In this document: positions 24,375-37,920 of the stretch, piece by piece
How positions within the stretch are numbered: the stretch's first letter is position 1
Layout: every line of letters starts with the position of its first letter
Origin: Podarcis vaucheri
Lineage: Eukaryota
Length of the DNA: 64,000 bases
Direction: 5' to 3' (one strand)
Assembly (NCBI GenBank): GCA_965113315.1
Contig: OZ220365.1
Notes under the pieces: model-generated
The model's input: only the letters and a program-made list of their open reading frames with translations
What the model was told of the DNA's origin: nothing
Database searches by the model: none
Translations under genes and position numbers: made by a program

Positions 24375-25280
24375 TTATGTTTATTTATTTATTATTTTTC
24401 TATATTGCCCTTCATCTGAGGATCACACGGCAGTTGGCAATATAAAAACACAAAGATACATAACATAGAAACAAACCAAAATAATAAATCCTCCCTAGTC
24501 AAGTTTAAACGGCCATAGATTGTCTAATTAAAGAAAGGGCTGGGAGAGGAGAAATGTTTCTGTCAGGAGCCTACAGATACATAACGAAGGTGCCAGGCAG
24601 GCCACCCTGGAGAGAGCATTCCACAAATGGGGGGCCACTGCAGAAAAGGCCTGTTCAAGGGGTTGCCACTTTTGAGAGCCTCTGGTGGAAGAGGAACACG
24701 AAGAAGGACCTCAGGTGATGGTCTCAGGGTCAGGGCTGTCTTAAGCGTATGCGGTGCCGGGGTGCAAAGATCCCCCCAGTGCCCCCCCGGTTGCCCAGTC
24801 CCAGGCGTACAGGAGGGCGGAGCTGGCCGGCCGCCTCAGCGTTTCACTGCCTCAGTTGCCCCCGAATTCGCAGCACAGGGCCACCCGCAGCGGAAGAGCC
24901 CGGCAAGGCACTCCAACCGACGGACGGGCTCTTCCTTGGACTCAACTCTCGAGCCCCGGACTCTCAGCCTGGCACCCCTGAGAGCCTGGCGCCCAGGTGC
25001 CCCGCACCCCTAGCACCTATGGGTAAGACAGCCCTGCTCAGGGTTCAGGTCGGTTCATATGGAGAGATGCAGTCCTTGAAGTCTTGTGGTCCTGAGCCAT
25101 TTGAGGCTTCTTAGATCAAAACCAGCACTCTGAATTGGGCTCAGAAACTGATTGACGTCCATTGCAGTTGGGCCACAATTGGTGTCATATGCTCAAACCA
25201 TCTTACCCCAGTGATCAACCTGGCCACCAAATTCTGCACCACCTGAAGTTTCCGAACCATCTTCAGAGGCAGCCCTATGT
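24375..25280 (-). mobile_element. Older L2 3' fragment interrupted by a hAT MITE
   Basis: (TTTA)n tail at left, plus GCATTCCACAAATGGGGGGCCACTGCAGAAAAGGCC and CAGCACTCTGAATTGGGC L2-like motifs. Confidence 0.65.
24731..25036. mobile_element. hAT non-autonomous element (306 bp)
   Basis: 13-bp perfect TIR CAGGGCTGTCTTA / TAAGACAGCCCTG. Perfect 8-bp TSD CTCAGGGT at 24723-24730 and 25037-25044. Confidence 0.93.
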
Positions 25281-25439
25281 ATACTGTGCATATCCTTTAG
25301 ATCTACACACACACACACACACACAACAGGTAGAAAGTGGTGAGAAAAACTCCTCTCCACCTGAGATCCTGGAAACCTGTAACCAGTCAGCTTTAAGTGG
25401 ACCAATAGTCTATCCTGATACCTGGCTGATTCCTATTTA

Positions 25440-25952
25440 CAGTGGATACCTTGGTTCTCACATGCCTTGGTACTCAAACAACTTGGAACCCAAACACTGC
25501 AAACCTGGAAGTAAGTGTTCCGGTTGCAAACTTTTTTTGGCAGCTGAACGTTCCCCGTTTTGAGTGTTATGCTTCCAATTTGAGTGCCACACTTCCGTTT
25601 TGAATATTATGCTGAGGTCTGTCTGTTTTTGCTATGTATTTTGCGTTTTTGTTTTTGCGGCTCTTTTTGTTTTGTTTTTTGTGGCTGTGTGGAACCCAGT
25701 TCAGCTGCTGATTGATTGATTGATTTTGTGACTGCAGTACATTGTTTATTTCTTTCATTTTATGGATCAATGGTCTCGTTAGATAGTAAAATTCATGATA
25801 AATTCCGGTTTTAGAAGTTGTTTTTAAAAGTCTGGAACAGACTAATGGATTTTTCATTACTTTCTATGGGAAAGTGCACCTTGGTTTTGGAACGCTTTGG
25901 TTTTGCAACAGACTTCCAGAACGGATTAAGTTTGAGAACCAGGGTATCACTG
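25440..25952. mobile_element. Tigger-like MITE (~510 bp)
   Basis: TA|CAGTGGATACCTTGGTTCTCA ... TGAGAACCAGGGTATCACTG|TA. Confidence 0.85.
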
Positions 25953-26009
25953 TAGTTCTTTGCATCCCAGAAAATGTTAAGAGGGAAGAGCTGTATCTCA
26001 TGAGAAAGT

Positions 26010-26180
26010 GCTGTAGCTCAGTGGTTGAGCATCTGCTTTGTATGCAGACAATCCCAGATTTGATCCAAAGCATCTCTAGGTAGGGCTGGGAATCTCTCCT
26101 ACCTAAACCCCTGGAGAGTATCTGGCCATTGCTTGCAATAATACTGAGTTTTGTGGTCCAGAGGCCTGACTTGGTATAAC
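26010..26180 (+). mobile_element. Old tRNA-derived SINE (similar decayed copies at ~7505, 9825, 30690, 31850, 34470 and 46700)
   Basis: GCTGTAGCTCAGTGGTTGAGCATCTGCTTTG..GCAGA head and CCCTGGAGAG..AATACTGAG body, recurring through the window. Confidence 0.6.
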
Positions 26181-27213
26181 ACCTATTCTGTACAAATACA
26201 TATTCTGATGCAAACTGAAATTTTCCCCAATGCAAATTACTGTGTGCAAATTATCCTTATTTGTCTTGGAGTTGGGGGGCGGATTCAATTCATAATTTTC
26301 TGGAAAACCTACGCCACAGTTTATAACACCACTTTTTGAGAAAAGGAGTTTCTGAAATGGTAGCTACAAAACAAAGAAACAAATGTGTAGATCATCAGGG
26401 TGCTGTTTGGTTACCTTGCTGGGTCCAAAAGAAAAAAAGAAGAAGGAAGCTTAATTTAGCAATTGCTTGTTGACCCTGGTGTTCTGATCTTAGGATCATC
26501 TAAGCTCTCCCTAGCACTCAACTGCATTGCCTGAGGCCTCCCAGGCCCTCTGTGACATCAAAGCAGCTAAGCCAATGGCTGCTAGAAAGGCTGTGACCCT
26601 TCAGTTTTGCCAAGCCCCGAAACACTGAAAACAGATTAGATACTTGCTGTTGGATGACACAGCTTTCAGACTTTGAACACACTAGTCTGGAAAAAAAAAA
26701 AGAATTGTGAGAAAATACACATGATGGCACCAGATCATGGGAATCTTGTGACTTTATGACCAGGTTAACATAACATGATTTGCAGTGCAGCTTATATGTG
26801 CCTACGCAGAAACAAGCCCCACTGAGTTAATTGTTACTTATGACTAGGTAAGTCTGTTGATGGGGGGCAGCCTTTGGCATTCTTGCACAGAGGACTGGCC
26901 AAGGAAGAATGGGAAGGAAAACAATTGATCTGTGATGACTTACACGGACCGTGCGGGTGATGGCTTTTGTGTTTCGTGAAAAGAACTACCAGTGTCTTGT
27001 TGTGAATGAGTAAAGGTGTTCTGGCGGCAATAGCAATGTTATCACAGTGGGTAAAGCTTCTCTGCCTTTGATAGTTGAGTAGTACCTTTATGTAACTGTT
27101 GAAGGCACACAAGTCCTGGCCTCCATTGTACATACCACAGGAAGAAAAATCCATTTTTTAAATTACAAAATGTGTCAGCAAATACATATTTTATATTGAT
27201 ATACACATTTCTA

Positions 27214-27571
27214 GGGGGTCGGGGGTGGCGCTGTGGGTTAAACCACAGAGCCTAGGACTTGCTGATCAAAAGGTCGGCAGTTCAAATCCCCGCGACGGGG
27301 TGAGCTCCCGTTGCTCGGTCCCTGCTCCTGCCAACCTAGCAGTTTGAAAACATGTCAAAGTGCAAGTAGATAAATAGGTACCACTCCGGCAGGAAGGTAA
27401 ACGGTGTTTCCGTGTGCTGCTCTGGTTCGCCAGAAGCGGCTTAGTTATGCTGGCCACATGACCTGGAAGCTGAACGCTGGCTCCCTCAGCCAATAAAGCG
27501 AGATGAGCTCCGCAACCCCAGAGTCGTCCTTGACTGGACCTAATGGTCAGGGGTCCCTTTACCTTTACCTT
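27214..27571 (+). mobile_element. Sauria SINE, full length
   Basis: Sauria head and body, (ACCTTT)n tail, 12-bp TSD TACACATTTCTA at 27202-27213 and 27572-27583. Confidence 0.92.
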
Positions 27572-27608
27572 TACACATTTCTAAACTCATTTTTTATCTT
27601 ATAATACA

Positions 27609-28361
27609 AGCTTATGAAAAGCTTGGCCTATTACTCAACACCCAAAAAACCAAAGTGCTGCACCAACAAGTACAAAATAACCCCTCTGCAGCACCACAAA
27701 TCCAACTCAATAGTGTAACATTGGAAAATGTTGATCACTTCTCCTATCTACGCAGTTATCTTTCCACAAGGGCCAACATTGATGCCAAAATCCAGCATCG
27801 CCTGAGCTCTGCGAGTGTGGCTTTCTCTCAATTGAAGTGCAGAGTGTTTGAGGACTGGGACATTCACAGGGAAACCAAAATGCTTGTTTACACAGCTACT
27901 GTACTGCCAACCTTACTATAGGCTTGTGAAACATGGACCACTTATAAACGCCATCTGCAGCTCCTTGAAAGATTCCATTAACGGTGCCCCTGAAAATTTT
28001 TACACATCACTTGGGAAGACAGGCGAACTAATATCAGTGTACTGGAAGAAGCAAAGATCACTGGTGTTCAAGCAATGATTCTTCAACATCAACTTTATTG
28101 GACTGGTCATCTTGTGTGGATGCCTGATGATCGTCTTCCAAAGCAACTACTCTATTCCGCTTAAAAATGGAAAGCATAATGCTGGTGGTCAACAAAAGAG
28201 GTTTAAAGACTGTCTCAAGGCAACTCCCGCCCGGAAACCTATGTCCCCACTGTGGAAGGACATATGGATCCAGAATTGGCCTCCACAGTCACTTACGGAC
28301 TCACTGTTAAAACCATGTTTATGGAAGACAGTCTTACCCAGCTACGCCAAAGAAGAAGAAG
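27609..28361 (+). mobile_element. RTE-clade LINE 3' fragment (degenerate ORF, internal deletion)
   Basis: Translation LENVDHFSYL..IQHRLSSAS.AF..L..RVF..TKMLVY...VLPTLL*ACETWT..WTGHLV.MPDDRLPKQLLY. (GAA)n tail. ~36-bp TSD. Confidence 0.88.
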
Positions 28362-28999
28362 ACACATTTCTAAACTCATTTTTTTATCTTAGAATACACA
28401 TTTTGGAACTGCATTTAAAAATTAAGATAAATTGAAAAATCCAAAGGATAATTACTTCTTGATGCATCCATTAGTCCTGAAGGTGCAAGTGAGATCAGTT
28501 TGCTTGAAAATGTGTACGAAACAAAATTCTCCTCCGTCCCTTTGCTCAGCATGAGCAAATGTGAATATCCATGGAAACAGAGAAGTTTCAAATATTGCAT
28601 ACTCTTTGTTGCTGGTGGGGATTTCTGGGAGGTGGGGGAAGGGATCGTTCAGAATGAGTAAGGTTGTCTCTCATATCACATAGGTCTGCATAGAGGAGAT
28701 GGGATCTCTTGTGACATCCTCCATCTTGATTTTCAATGTGTAATTTAAATAAAATATGCCGGGAACCTTCCTGGGGGATTACTGTTGCAAAGTACAAAGT
28801 ATATAAAAAAACAATCTCTCTGCAAAAAGGAGAACCGATCCATAAATAAGATGCTTTGCGAAGGGGGCTGAATAATTGCCAAACTCACTTCTCCCCCAGT
28901 TCTTCTTCCATTGGTAGCTGAAGGGTCAAATCAATCTCCCATACTATGAATAATGGAATGCCTCCCTTTATTTTACGCCTATTGAAATGGGGTGCTTCA

Positions 29000-29058
<59 letters not shown>
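29000..29058. repeat. (AAT)n microsatellite
   Basis: Direct observation. Confidence 0.95.
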
Positions 29059-29059
<1 letters not shown>

Positions 29060-29605
29060 CATTATATTTTGAGAAGTGGATAAATTACCCATAGTAGACC
29101 TATAATATCTGTTGTGAATGAGCATTCAACAGTGAATTTGTAGGGTTTGAATGTTTGTTTTTATCATCAAGCTCAATGAAAAAACCAATGCCTTACCCAT
29201 TCTGAGTTCCTGATGTTTGCTCCTTGGTTCATAAAAACTCAATATTTTTAAATTTTATTTTTTTTCTTTGAGAGGCAGCCGAGAAATGAGGTCTGATGGA
29301 GTTGCCCACAGTGAAACAGTTAGTAAATGTAACTTGCTTCTTTACAAACAAAAAAGGTTTGGTCTGTATATGAGGACTTTTTTCTTCTAAAAAAAATGGC
29401 AAATGGATGTTTAAATATGGACAACTGAACTGAAGTCTGGAAAAAAAAGAGAGAAACTCATATATTTACCCTAAGAAGGGGGTAGCTTGTTCTTGACACT
29501 GGAGGCTATATAGAGAACCAGATTGGGAGCCTCTGGGGACCACATTGAACCTTTAGTTTCACAGCTGCCAAAAGCTTCTTTAGGTGCTTCATCCCAGACC
29601 CTCCG

Positions 29606-29636
<31 letters not shown>

Positions 29637-31358
29637 ATTTCTATGCTGCTTTTCATTCAAATGAATCTCAAATCAGCTTACAACCAACAAATAACCATAA
29701 CATAATAAAACCTAATAGCGCATCGCGAATGCAGCATACATCATATAAAATAATTAACAAATTATCAATAAAACAGTTGCAATCTATAAAAAAATAACAA
29801 AACAGCAACTAAAAAATAAGCTAAACCTCACAATTATGGCACGTCATGAGATTAACAAATCAATGCAGCATTTAGAATCTATAAAACAATATTTAAAACA
29901 CTAACAAAATAGCACTTAAAATATAAGTTAGGCACTACGTTCATTCACACAATCTTCACCCCCATGGCCCATAACCTTTCACTCAGTTCATTAAAATACA
30001 CAGATGCACACTGTTGCTTCCCAGAATCTCAACAGAAATGCCTACTTACTAGTATGCGCTCTAGGACTAGGCAAAGTGCCCTATTAAAAGGGCCTTAAAT
30101 GTGTTTTTACTGAGAAGTTATTGAGGGAAAGGGTGGAGGGTGCTGAGAGAATTTCTCTCTGTGTGTTTGGAAGAGGCTCTGGGAAGTGACCTGTCTCCTT
30201 GCGAGCATTTCCCCATCAAGCCCCTTTTTTTGCCCCGCTTGCTCAGGATAGGAAACACCGTCTCCGACATCCTGGAAAGCTTCAGTCATTTCAAATTGGG
30301 CAATCTAGCAAGCTCCTTTTCCTCTGGTGGACAGGGGAAGCGTGCTTTGATTTTCAAGGGACTGTGCTGTAGTGCAGACCCCTTCCACTGTCGGCTGAAA
30401 TTGATTGAAATGGATGATCCGTGTCCAGCAGGCATGGGCTGGCCCAGGGGAATCGGAGCGCTTGGCTTCCAAATGGCCTATCAGAACCTCTGGGTTTCGG
30501 TCTGTTGTCGTTAAAGTCACCCTGGCAACACGTTCATTAGAGTGTCTTGTGATGAATGCTGCGTTGTGTACCCTTTTCAGAGTGCAGGAAATGCCCCGTG
30601 GCAGCGACTGCAGCCTTGCAGTTCTATGGTTATAACCTACGTTCTGCAGAGAGAAATCTGTACTGTTGTTGTTGTAAGGAAGAGGCATAGATCAGTGGTA
30701 GAGCACACAATTCGCATGCAAAAGCTCCCAGATTCCAAACGTCTCCAGTTATGGCTGTGGAAAAGACTCCTTTCTGGACCTCTGGAGAGTCACTGCCACT
30801 TGGCGAAGACAAGAGTGAACTAGATGTAGCATTGGCCTAATTGAATATAAGGCATTTTCCTACATTCCTATATATACCTTGAATGTTCTCAGAGTCTCAA
30901 CCAAACATTTTGAACAATCCCACTGCATGCAGCATCTTAATAGCTCTTTCTGTTACTATACACAACAGTGAAATGGGGATGTAGTGTACTGCAATTACTT
31001 GGACCGTTTTAACTGTGCTGTTAGGCATCTTGGGCATTCCACTATAGGAAATATGGACATACTTTTTCCTTAATGAAAAACATAAATAATGTGAGTTGGG
31101 AGGTTCTTGGTTTAAGCCTTTCCTTAGGAAAGTCTCTGAATTTCACTCTGACTTACCCACCTGTGATAATGGGATTATGGGCAAGATTCAACTAAGTTGT
31201 TTCATGTGCGGAAAGAGATCCGCTCACGTAGTGGGACTTTGCAAGGCACTCTGCTCCTCCCATCACTGTGGCTTTCATTTCCACATGACACACGTGTGTT
31301 GCTCGGTCATTACTGGGCTGTTTTGGGATAGGAGTGTCCTCTAGGTTTTTTATTATTA

Positions 31359-31599
31359 TAGTTGTACCTTGGAAGTCGAACAGAATCCGTTCCGGAGGTC
31401 CGTTCAACTTCCAAAATGTTCAGAAACCAAAGTGTGGCTTCTGATTGGCTGCAGGAGGCTCCTGCAGCCAATCGGAAGCCCCGTTGGACATTCAGGTTCC
31501 AAAGAATGTTTGCAAACTGGAACACTCACTTCTGGGTCTGCGGCGTTTGGGAGCCAAAACGTCCGAGTACCAGGACGTTCTGGATCCAAGGTACGACTG
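31359..31599. mobile_element. Tigger-like MITE (related copy at 48186-48393 in opposite orientation)
   Basis: TAGTTGTACCTTGGA ... TCCAAGGTACGACTG|TA, internal GATTGGCTGCAG..CTGCAGCCAATC palindrome. Confidence 0.8.
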
Positions 31600-32098
31600 T
31601 ATATCTGCTGATACTTTTCTCTTGTTTTTTTTATTTGCCCTGTTTTGACTCCAGTCCTGTTGGCACTCACCACCTAGAGTCATAATTAGAGGAATTCTAA
31701 TTCATTCAAAGAAGATGAATGTTGGAAGATTAAGGACAGAAGGTGCTTAGCCTCTGGCTGTTGGAAGTTGTACGCCTCTGAATACTAGTTATGATACCTT
31801 TATTCAGAATCCTTAGGACTGGGATCCTAGATTATGTTTAAGGAATGGATCATAGTTCTGTGGCAGCTTTGCATGCAGAGGGTCCCAATGGCATCTCCAA
31901 GTAGGGCTTAGAATCCCAGAGAGCCATTGCTGCCAGCCAGTGTAGACAATATTGAGGTGCAAAACCAAAGGATCTGACTTGGTAGAAGGCAGCTTCCTAT
32001 CCTCTGTAGAAAGACATGAACTCAGTGCGGCTGCACACCTGGAACTGAACTAGCTCCCTCCTGTCTCTTTCCCATCTCAGGTGCAGAGAAGTGAGAGG

Positions 32099-32368
32099 GA
32101 GCCAGTGTGGTATACTGGTTAAGAGCGGTGGAATCTGGTGAACCGGGTTCGCTTCCCCGCTCCTCCACATGCAGCTGCTGGGTGACCTTGGGCTAGTCAC
32201 ACTTCTCTGAAGTCTCTCAGCCTCACTCACCTCACAGAGTGTTGGTTGTAGGGGAGGAAGGGAAAGGAGGTTGTTAGCCGCTTTGAGACTCCTTAAGGGA
32301 AGCGAAAGGTGGGATATCAAGTCCAAACTCCTCCTCCTCCTCCTCCTTCTTCTTTGTCTTCTTCTTCC
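32099..32368 (+). mobile_element. Squam3-like SINE
   Basis: GAGCCAGTGTGG head, CORE, (CTC/CTT)n tail. Confidence 0.87.
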
Positions 32369-32414
32369 TTCATTTGCCTGGGTCAAGCTGCCCTTGTTTC
32401 TGGTTGGTATGGAG

Positions 32415-32667
32415 TTGGGGCAAGGCTTCAAGAAAGGAGATACCAGCTAAGCATCAGAAAGAACTTTCTGACAATAAGAGCCATTCAACAGTGGAACGGA
32501 CTCCCTTGGAAGGGAGAAACCTCCTTCCTTGGAGGTTGTTAAGCAGAGAATGGGTGGCATCTGTCGTAGATGCTTTTGTTGAGATTCCTGCATTGCAGGG
32601 GGTTGAACTACAGTAGATGGCCCTTGAGGTCCCTTCCAACTCTACAATTCTACAATTCCATGATTCC
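32415..32667 (+). mobile_element. CR1 LINE 3' end
   Basis: Encodes LQERRYQLSIRKNFLTIRAIQQWNGLP, followed by the CR1 3' UTR and a degenerate ATTCTA tail. Confidence 0.85.
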
Positions 32668-35600
32668 AATAGTGAGGGGAGTGATGTTTTGCTTAGGCTC
32701 TACTTGCTGGTCTCACATAGGTATCTGGTTGTTCACAGGATGCTGGCCTAGGTGGACTTTTGTGAGATATGGAAGAAGTTATCCAATAGGATGTGCAATG
32801 CATTCCTACCACTCTTGGGTTTGCAACTCTACCTTCAGCCATATTCTAGAGGTACAGCTTTCTGCATGCAAGCAGGGTTCTCCAGTAAGGGAACCAGTTC
32901 ATGTTTTAGTAGGCATGAGCAAAGTAGGAACCTTTGTTGTGATTACTCATAACAAGTCGAAATACAGGTGCTCCCAATGAGTGGCTGTGATCTGCGTGCA
33001 TAAGCTCATGTGACTTCCCCCAGTATTTTCCAATGGGCATCTCTGCTCTACTGTTGTTGGTAGTGGAAGGGGAATAATGCCACGTAGCCAGCAATGGGAA
33101 CCCTCTGTGCAGAAGAAGCGCTGGATTGTTGCCAAGATGCCAGAAGCTTTTATGTAGCCCAGCAACCAGGCTCATGACTTAAGGAGTCCTCTCTTGCTTC
33201 CCAGGCTGTTTGTTTTAGGGTTGCGGGATCGTGTTCCCATGTGACAAAGTTCCCCCCCCCCATCCTCCCAGGCTTGTTTGGTGGAACCTTATGTAATGAT
33301 TAAAAATAGAATTCTGGTGTGTGATCACAGTGTGAAGCCAAATCCATTACAAAGTTCCTGCTGGTGAGGGATGTGATACAGTAATTCTGCATGAAGCTAT
33401 TAGCATGATAAAACCTGGGTATTCAGATGCCAGCTTGTTCCAAAACCTGGATTGTGCTGGAACATGGTGTGTATCTCCATATAAATTAATTGGGCATGAT
33501 ACAAAAAGGCAAGTTTCTTTTTAAATTTGAGTAGTTTCTACCACTACCTGCAATTTAACAAGATGCAAAAGGGATCTGTCAGATCTGCTGGTCCACTGCA
33601 AACAGTCACCCTTGCAATGAGAGACACTCTGTATAGAATTCGCTTTGATGGATGCCGAAGAAAATCAAGTATTAATACAGGCACTTCATCTCCGTGCTAC
33701 AGCAATTGAATGTTATTAGCATAATCTGGTCATTAATGCTTAGCCTATCAAATAAAGTTGCCTCATCTTTCAACATTGAAGTTATAAGATTTTTGTAGTG
33801 GAGTAATCCCATGTTTTGATTTGTACAAGCAATTGGTACAGATTGCCGTGTACATTTATGCTCAGGCATCTTTATGATAAGCCCCGGGGGAATTGCTGTG
33901 TAGACAGGAATGATCATAAGCCAACGAGGGAAGCGAATGGGAAGTCCAGACCACCAGACAAGAGAAAGAATCCATTGCACGTTGTTGACAGAATGCTAGC
34001 ATACTTGGATAGGTATGGGGACATGGGGGGCAATTTGGACTAATTTAGATAAGGGTTAGGGAGCCCACATCCCTCCAGGTATTGTTTTGTTTCAGCTATC
34101 ACCATCCCTGACCACTGACCATTTGAGCTGGGCTGTTTGGAAGTGGAATCCAGCAAGCTACAGAAGGCCACAAGTTTCGGCTCCCTGGTTTACCTCCAGC
34201 CTTTATTCCATCATGGAACCCAAAGCAGCGTTCATGTAGCTCCTGAGCTGGTTCCCATCTAGGCACCGCATAGCATAGAATCATAGAACTGTAGAGTTGG
34301 AAGACAACCCCAGGGTCATCTAGTCCAACCTCCTGAAATGCAGCCACCCCTGGGTGGATTGGAACCAACAACCTTCTGATTAACGTTGCCCTGACCCATT
34401 GCACCGCAGGCTCCAGGTTGGTGGCCTCATATGCCTTCGGTTCATACCTAGGGACTGCCATGCCTCTGCAAGGGACTATACCTTGGCAGAAGAATGCAGA
34501 AGGACCTAGATTATGTCCTTGGTGTTTCTGGTTAAACGTATCTCACATAGACTGGCACTGAACCCCTGAAAAGCCACTACTGGCAATATGTAACTGCATG
34601 GACCAGTCTGTGTCAATACAAGAAGGCATCTTCATATTATTGATCCAGTTCTCTATCAGCCCCTTCCAAAAGAAGCAGGATATGGCTCCTGATAGGGTGG
34701 CCAACCATTCTTCTGTGATGCTTTGCCTTCTTTGACCTGCGCCTCTCTCCTACCCTGACCTGTTTTGCAAGGGCAAGAGGGAGCAGTAAGAAGGCAATTG
34801 ATAAGAAAAGGGGAGGGGGAAAGGTATGCAAAGTGCATATATAAAGAAAAATGCTAAAGTCTTGCACATTTATGAGGAAAAGGGGGAAATGGAACTGGTG
34901 GGAAATGAGAACTTGAGAGAAGCCAAAATGGACAGATCCGTCTGTCCCTAGAGACAATGCTGTATCAAGCCCCAAATTCAAGGGCAGTGCAATAGAGGGG
35001 GAGTGAAGAGATGTGCTCGCTGCAGTGTCATATTAATGGAGTGGGGGGAATCAGTTTGCAAAGGTCAGAGAAGAGGAGGGGCAAGTAATCTAGATGTGCA
35101 ATAATAACAGCTTGGGGAGGAATTGTAAATGCAGACGTGTCGAGGAAACCTTGGGTGTTGATTTAATCCTTATGTTTTTAAAGGGAAGATACGCGCCATC
35201 TATCCCCAGCACACGACTGAGTCAAAGATGACTCTCTTAATTTATGGGGCTGATTGACAAGAAGGTGACAACAAAAGCGAGAGAAGGAGGCAGGATAGCA
35301 AGAGCTCTGTAAATACATGAAGCGTACAAAAGGCATGAGGGGGCTGGAAAGAGGAAATCATTGTAAATGACTCACTCCATTCAAGGCCACCAGGACTGGG
35401 GTCCACATCTGGTGTATTCACCAGGCTCTGCTCCCACACAGCCTCCATTCATTCTGGTGGGGCTTGTGTGGGAGAATGGTGTGATGAATAGAGCCTGTGC
35501 AGCAGCTCCATTTGGGAATACATGACAAGCCCTTTCATCCCCCTGCCTTGCCTTGCAACTATCTATCTATCTACACACACACACAAATCCCACTGCATCC

Positions 35601-36151
35601 ATCTTTTGAAATATAGGCCACGAAACTCCAGAAAATTCCTAACAGTGACTCATGAACTGCCCTAGGTGGGATTCTGTGCCTTTAAAAATTGAGTCCCCAC
35701 ATTGGCTGCCTCTGTCGTGTGATGCCCGCTAAGACAAAAATACCCCATGCAGCACTGATACCCCCTCCCTGTTCCCCCTACAGGGGAAAATGCATGACAA
35801 ATAGTGAAAAACAGGGCAGAAAATACTTGGCTGATGTCCTGCAGTATCCGGAGGGGCAGTAATGGCTATAAACTATTTCTCTGAGTCACACAATGTCTTA
35901 TGTAGTGGATGCCATGGGGGTTGGGGAGCCTTACTGGCAACATGATCCAAATCCTATTGCCTTGAATGTTATGTTCAGCGATATGATCTGCAGGAAGGAC
36001 TTGGGAATCCCCAGGAGTCCCTGACACAGTCTATGCTGCCGCCTGGCTTAGTTGGGAGAGTGGTGTGGAATCAAGATGCATGACGCAAGTTTTTAATGAC
36101 TGATGTTTTAATGTATTTTTAATCTCTTGTTGGAAGCCGCCCAGAGTGGCT

Positions 36152-36299
36152 NNNNNNNNNNNNNNNNNNNNNNNNNNNNNNNNNNNNNNNNNNNNNNNNN
36201 NNNNNNNNNNNNNNNNNNNNNNNNNNNNNNNNNNNNNNNNNNNNNNNNNNNNNNNNNNNNNNNNNNNNNNNNNNNNNNNNNNNNNNNNNNNNNNNNNNN
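36152..36299. other. Assembly gap (N run), inside an L2 tail
   Basis: Run of N following GGAAGCCGCCCAGAGTGGCT. Confidence 1.
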
Positions 36300-37920
36300 A
36301 ATACCATCCCTAAGCCTTAACTCTCAGAGGGGATATTGACTTGGCCGTCTCTCAGGTGGAACAATGGTGCCTGCCCTTTCCATAATATTTCCACTACTTT
36401 CATTATCCACTTCATGGATCTTTTACAAATACCTGTGCGCCACGATACATTTGATAATTCTTTAATTTGATCTTTGAATGGGATAATCTCCACACACCCC
36501 TCCCCTGCTTTTGCTACAAAATTCAGGGACCAGGGTTAATCTGTTGTTGCTGGTTTTGGGAAACAAGATTCATGAAATGCTCGTCATGGATATGGATCTT
36601 CCTTTACATAGAAGACCGTTACAGTAAATGAAAGGCAGGCAGTGCAAAACAAGTTTCTGTTGAAAAGAAGAAGAGGCACTGGGGGGGGGATAGAATAAAA
36701 TAGGAATCTTCCTGCAAATTTGGAGCAGCCTTGGGCCGCTTGTAAATTATTAACCAGCCACTTATATGCTAAAACTAGTAGAGAATTTTATAGCACTGTT
36801 TTGATCGTGCATATTCTTCAGAATGATGCACTTTTTAGGGATTCTTACTCCAGATATCCAGTGCGCCCATTGATCAGAATGCAATTTGGGGGTGGGGAGT
36901 ATTGCTTAAGGATGAGGTTTTGCCATCTCAGTTAAACTCTCAGTTCCAGCTCTAAGTGACTATAAAAAGAAAAGGGAAAATTAGAAGCAAGCCAATGAAA
37001 TTCATTCTCTTCCCATTAACTTCCTACTAATGAAAATGTAAAACCGGTTTCATCCTTGATTCAGGTGGTTTCCCCAGGACCTGCTAACATCAGTTTGAGG
37101 GTTTGATGCTTGATGCTGTGTGGCATAGTGGTGGAAATCTCATTTTAGGAACCCTAAAATTCTTGAGGGAGCGTAGAGTTTGAACTCTTTGGAAATAGTT
37201 CAGTTGCTGGATAATAAGCGGTTTTAGCTGCTGGGCTTGGCATGGTCAACCAGGGAGACATAAAAAGGCAGGTGAACAGGCATAGTGGCAGGTCTCCTGT
37301 GGTGAAGAGGTCGGAAGTGAGCTGCAAGATAACATGATCCCTCCCATAACCCTTCTCCTTTCTGAATTCCCCTAGCTGACTTTAAAAGATGTACTGGTGC
37401 ATCAATATCAGCAAGCCTTAGCACTAACCAGGTTTTGTGCTTAACCCGGATCTTAACCGGAGTTTGAAGCTGGCAAAGAATAATAGTGAAGTGGGCAATA
37501 TGGTCCCAGCCGGGCTGCAGTGGAAATAGTCTAGTGGAAAAGCAATATGTGCCCCTTCACCAAATAGCCTCTGGAGTAAACCAAGCCTTCAGCAAGAGTG
37601 CCTGATCTCTAGAAGCCCAGCATGTGTGATTTATCTCCTGTCAAGGGGGAGATCCTGAGAACTGGCCTTCCATACGATGGACTGTTAGGTTGCCCATGTA
37701 TTCTACTATACAGAGGAGGGCTGTATGAAGGGCTATCCAAAATCTAAGTCTAGTTTAAGGAAATAGAAGGTTAGGGGACCTTGAAGCTACACACCAGCAG
37801 TTAAAACCCTGACAGCAGACTGGGCAGGTGTACAGGACACCTGGTCAGGGTCTGCAACAATATGTTGAGATGTATTACATTTCCATTTATAGTTATTATA
37901 TATATATAGAGAGAGAGAGC

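Noticed and set aside
30567-30680. Plus-strand acceptor CCCTTTTCAG followed by an open frame
   Set aside because: Only weak donors follow and the peptide is not recognisable, so support is insufficient.
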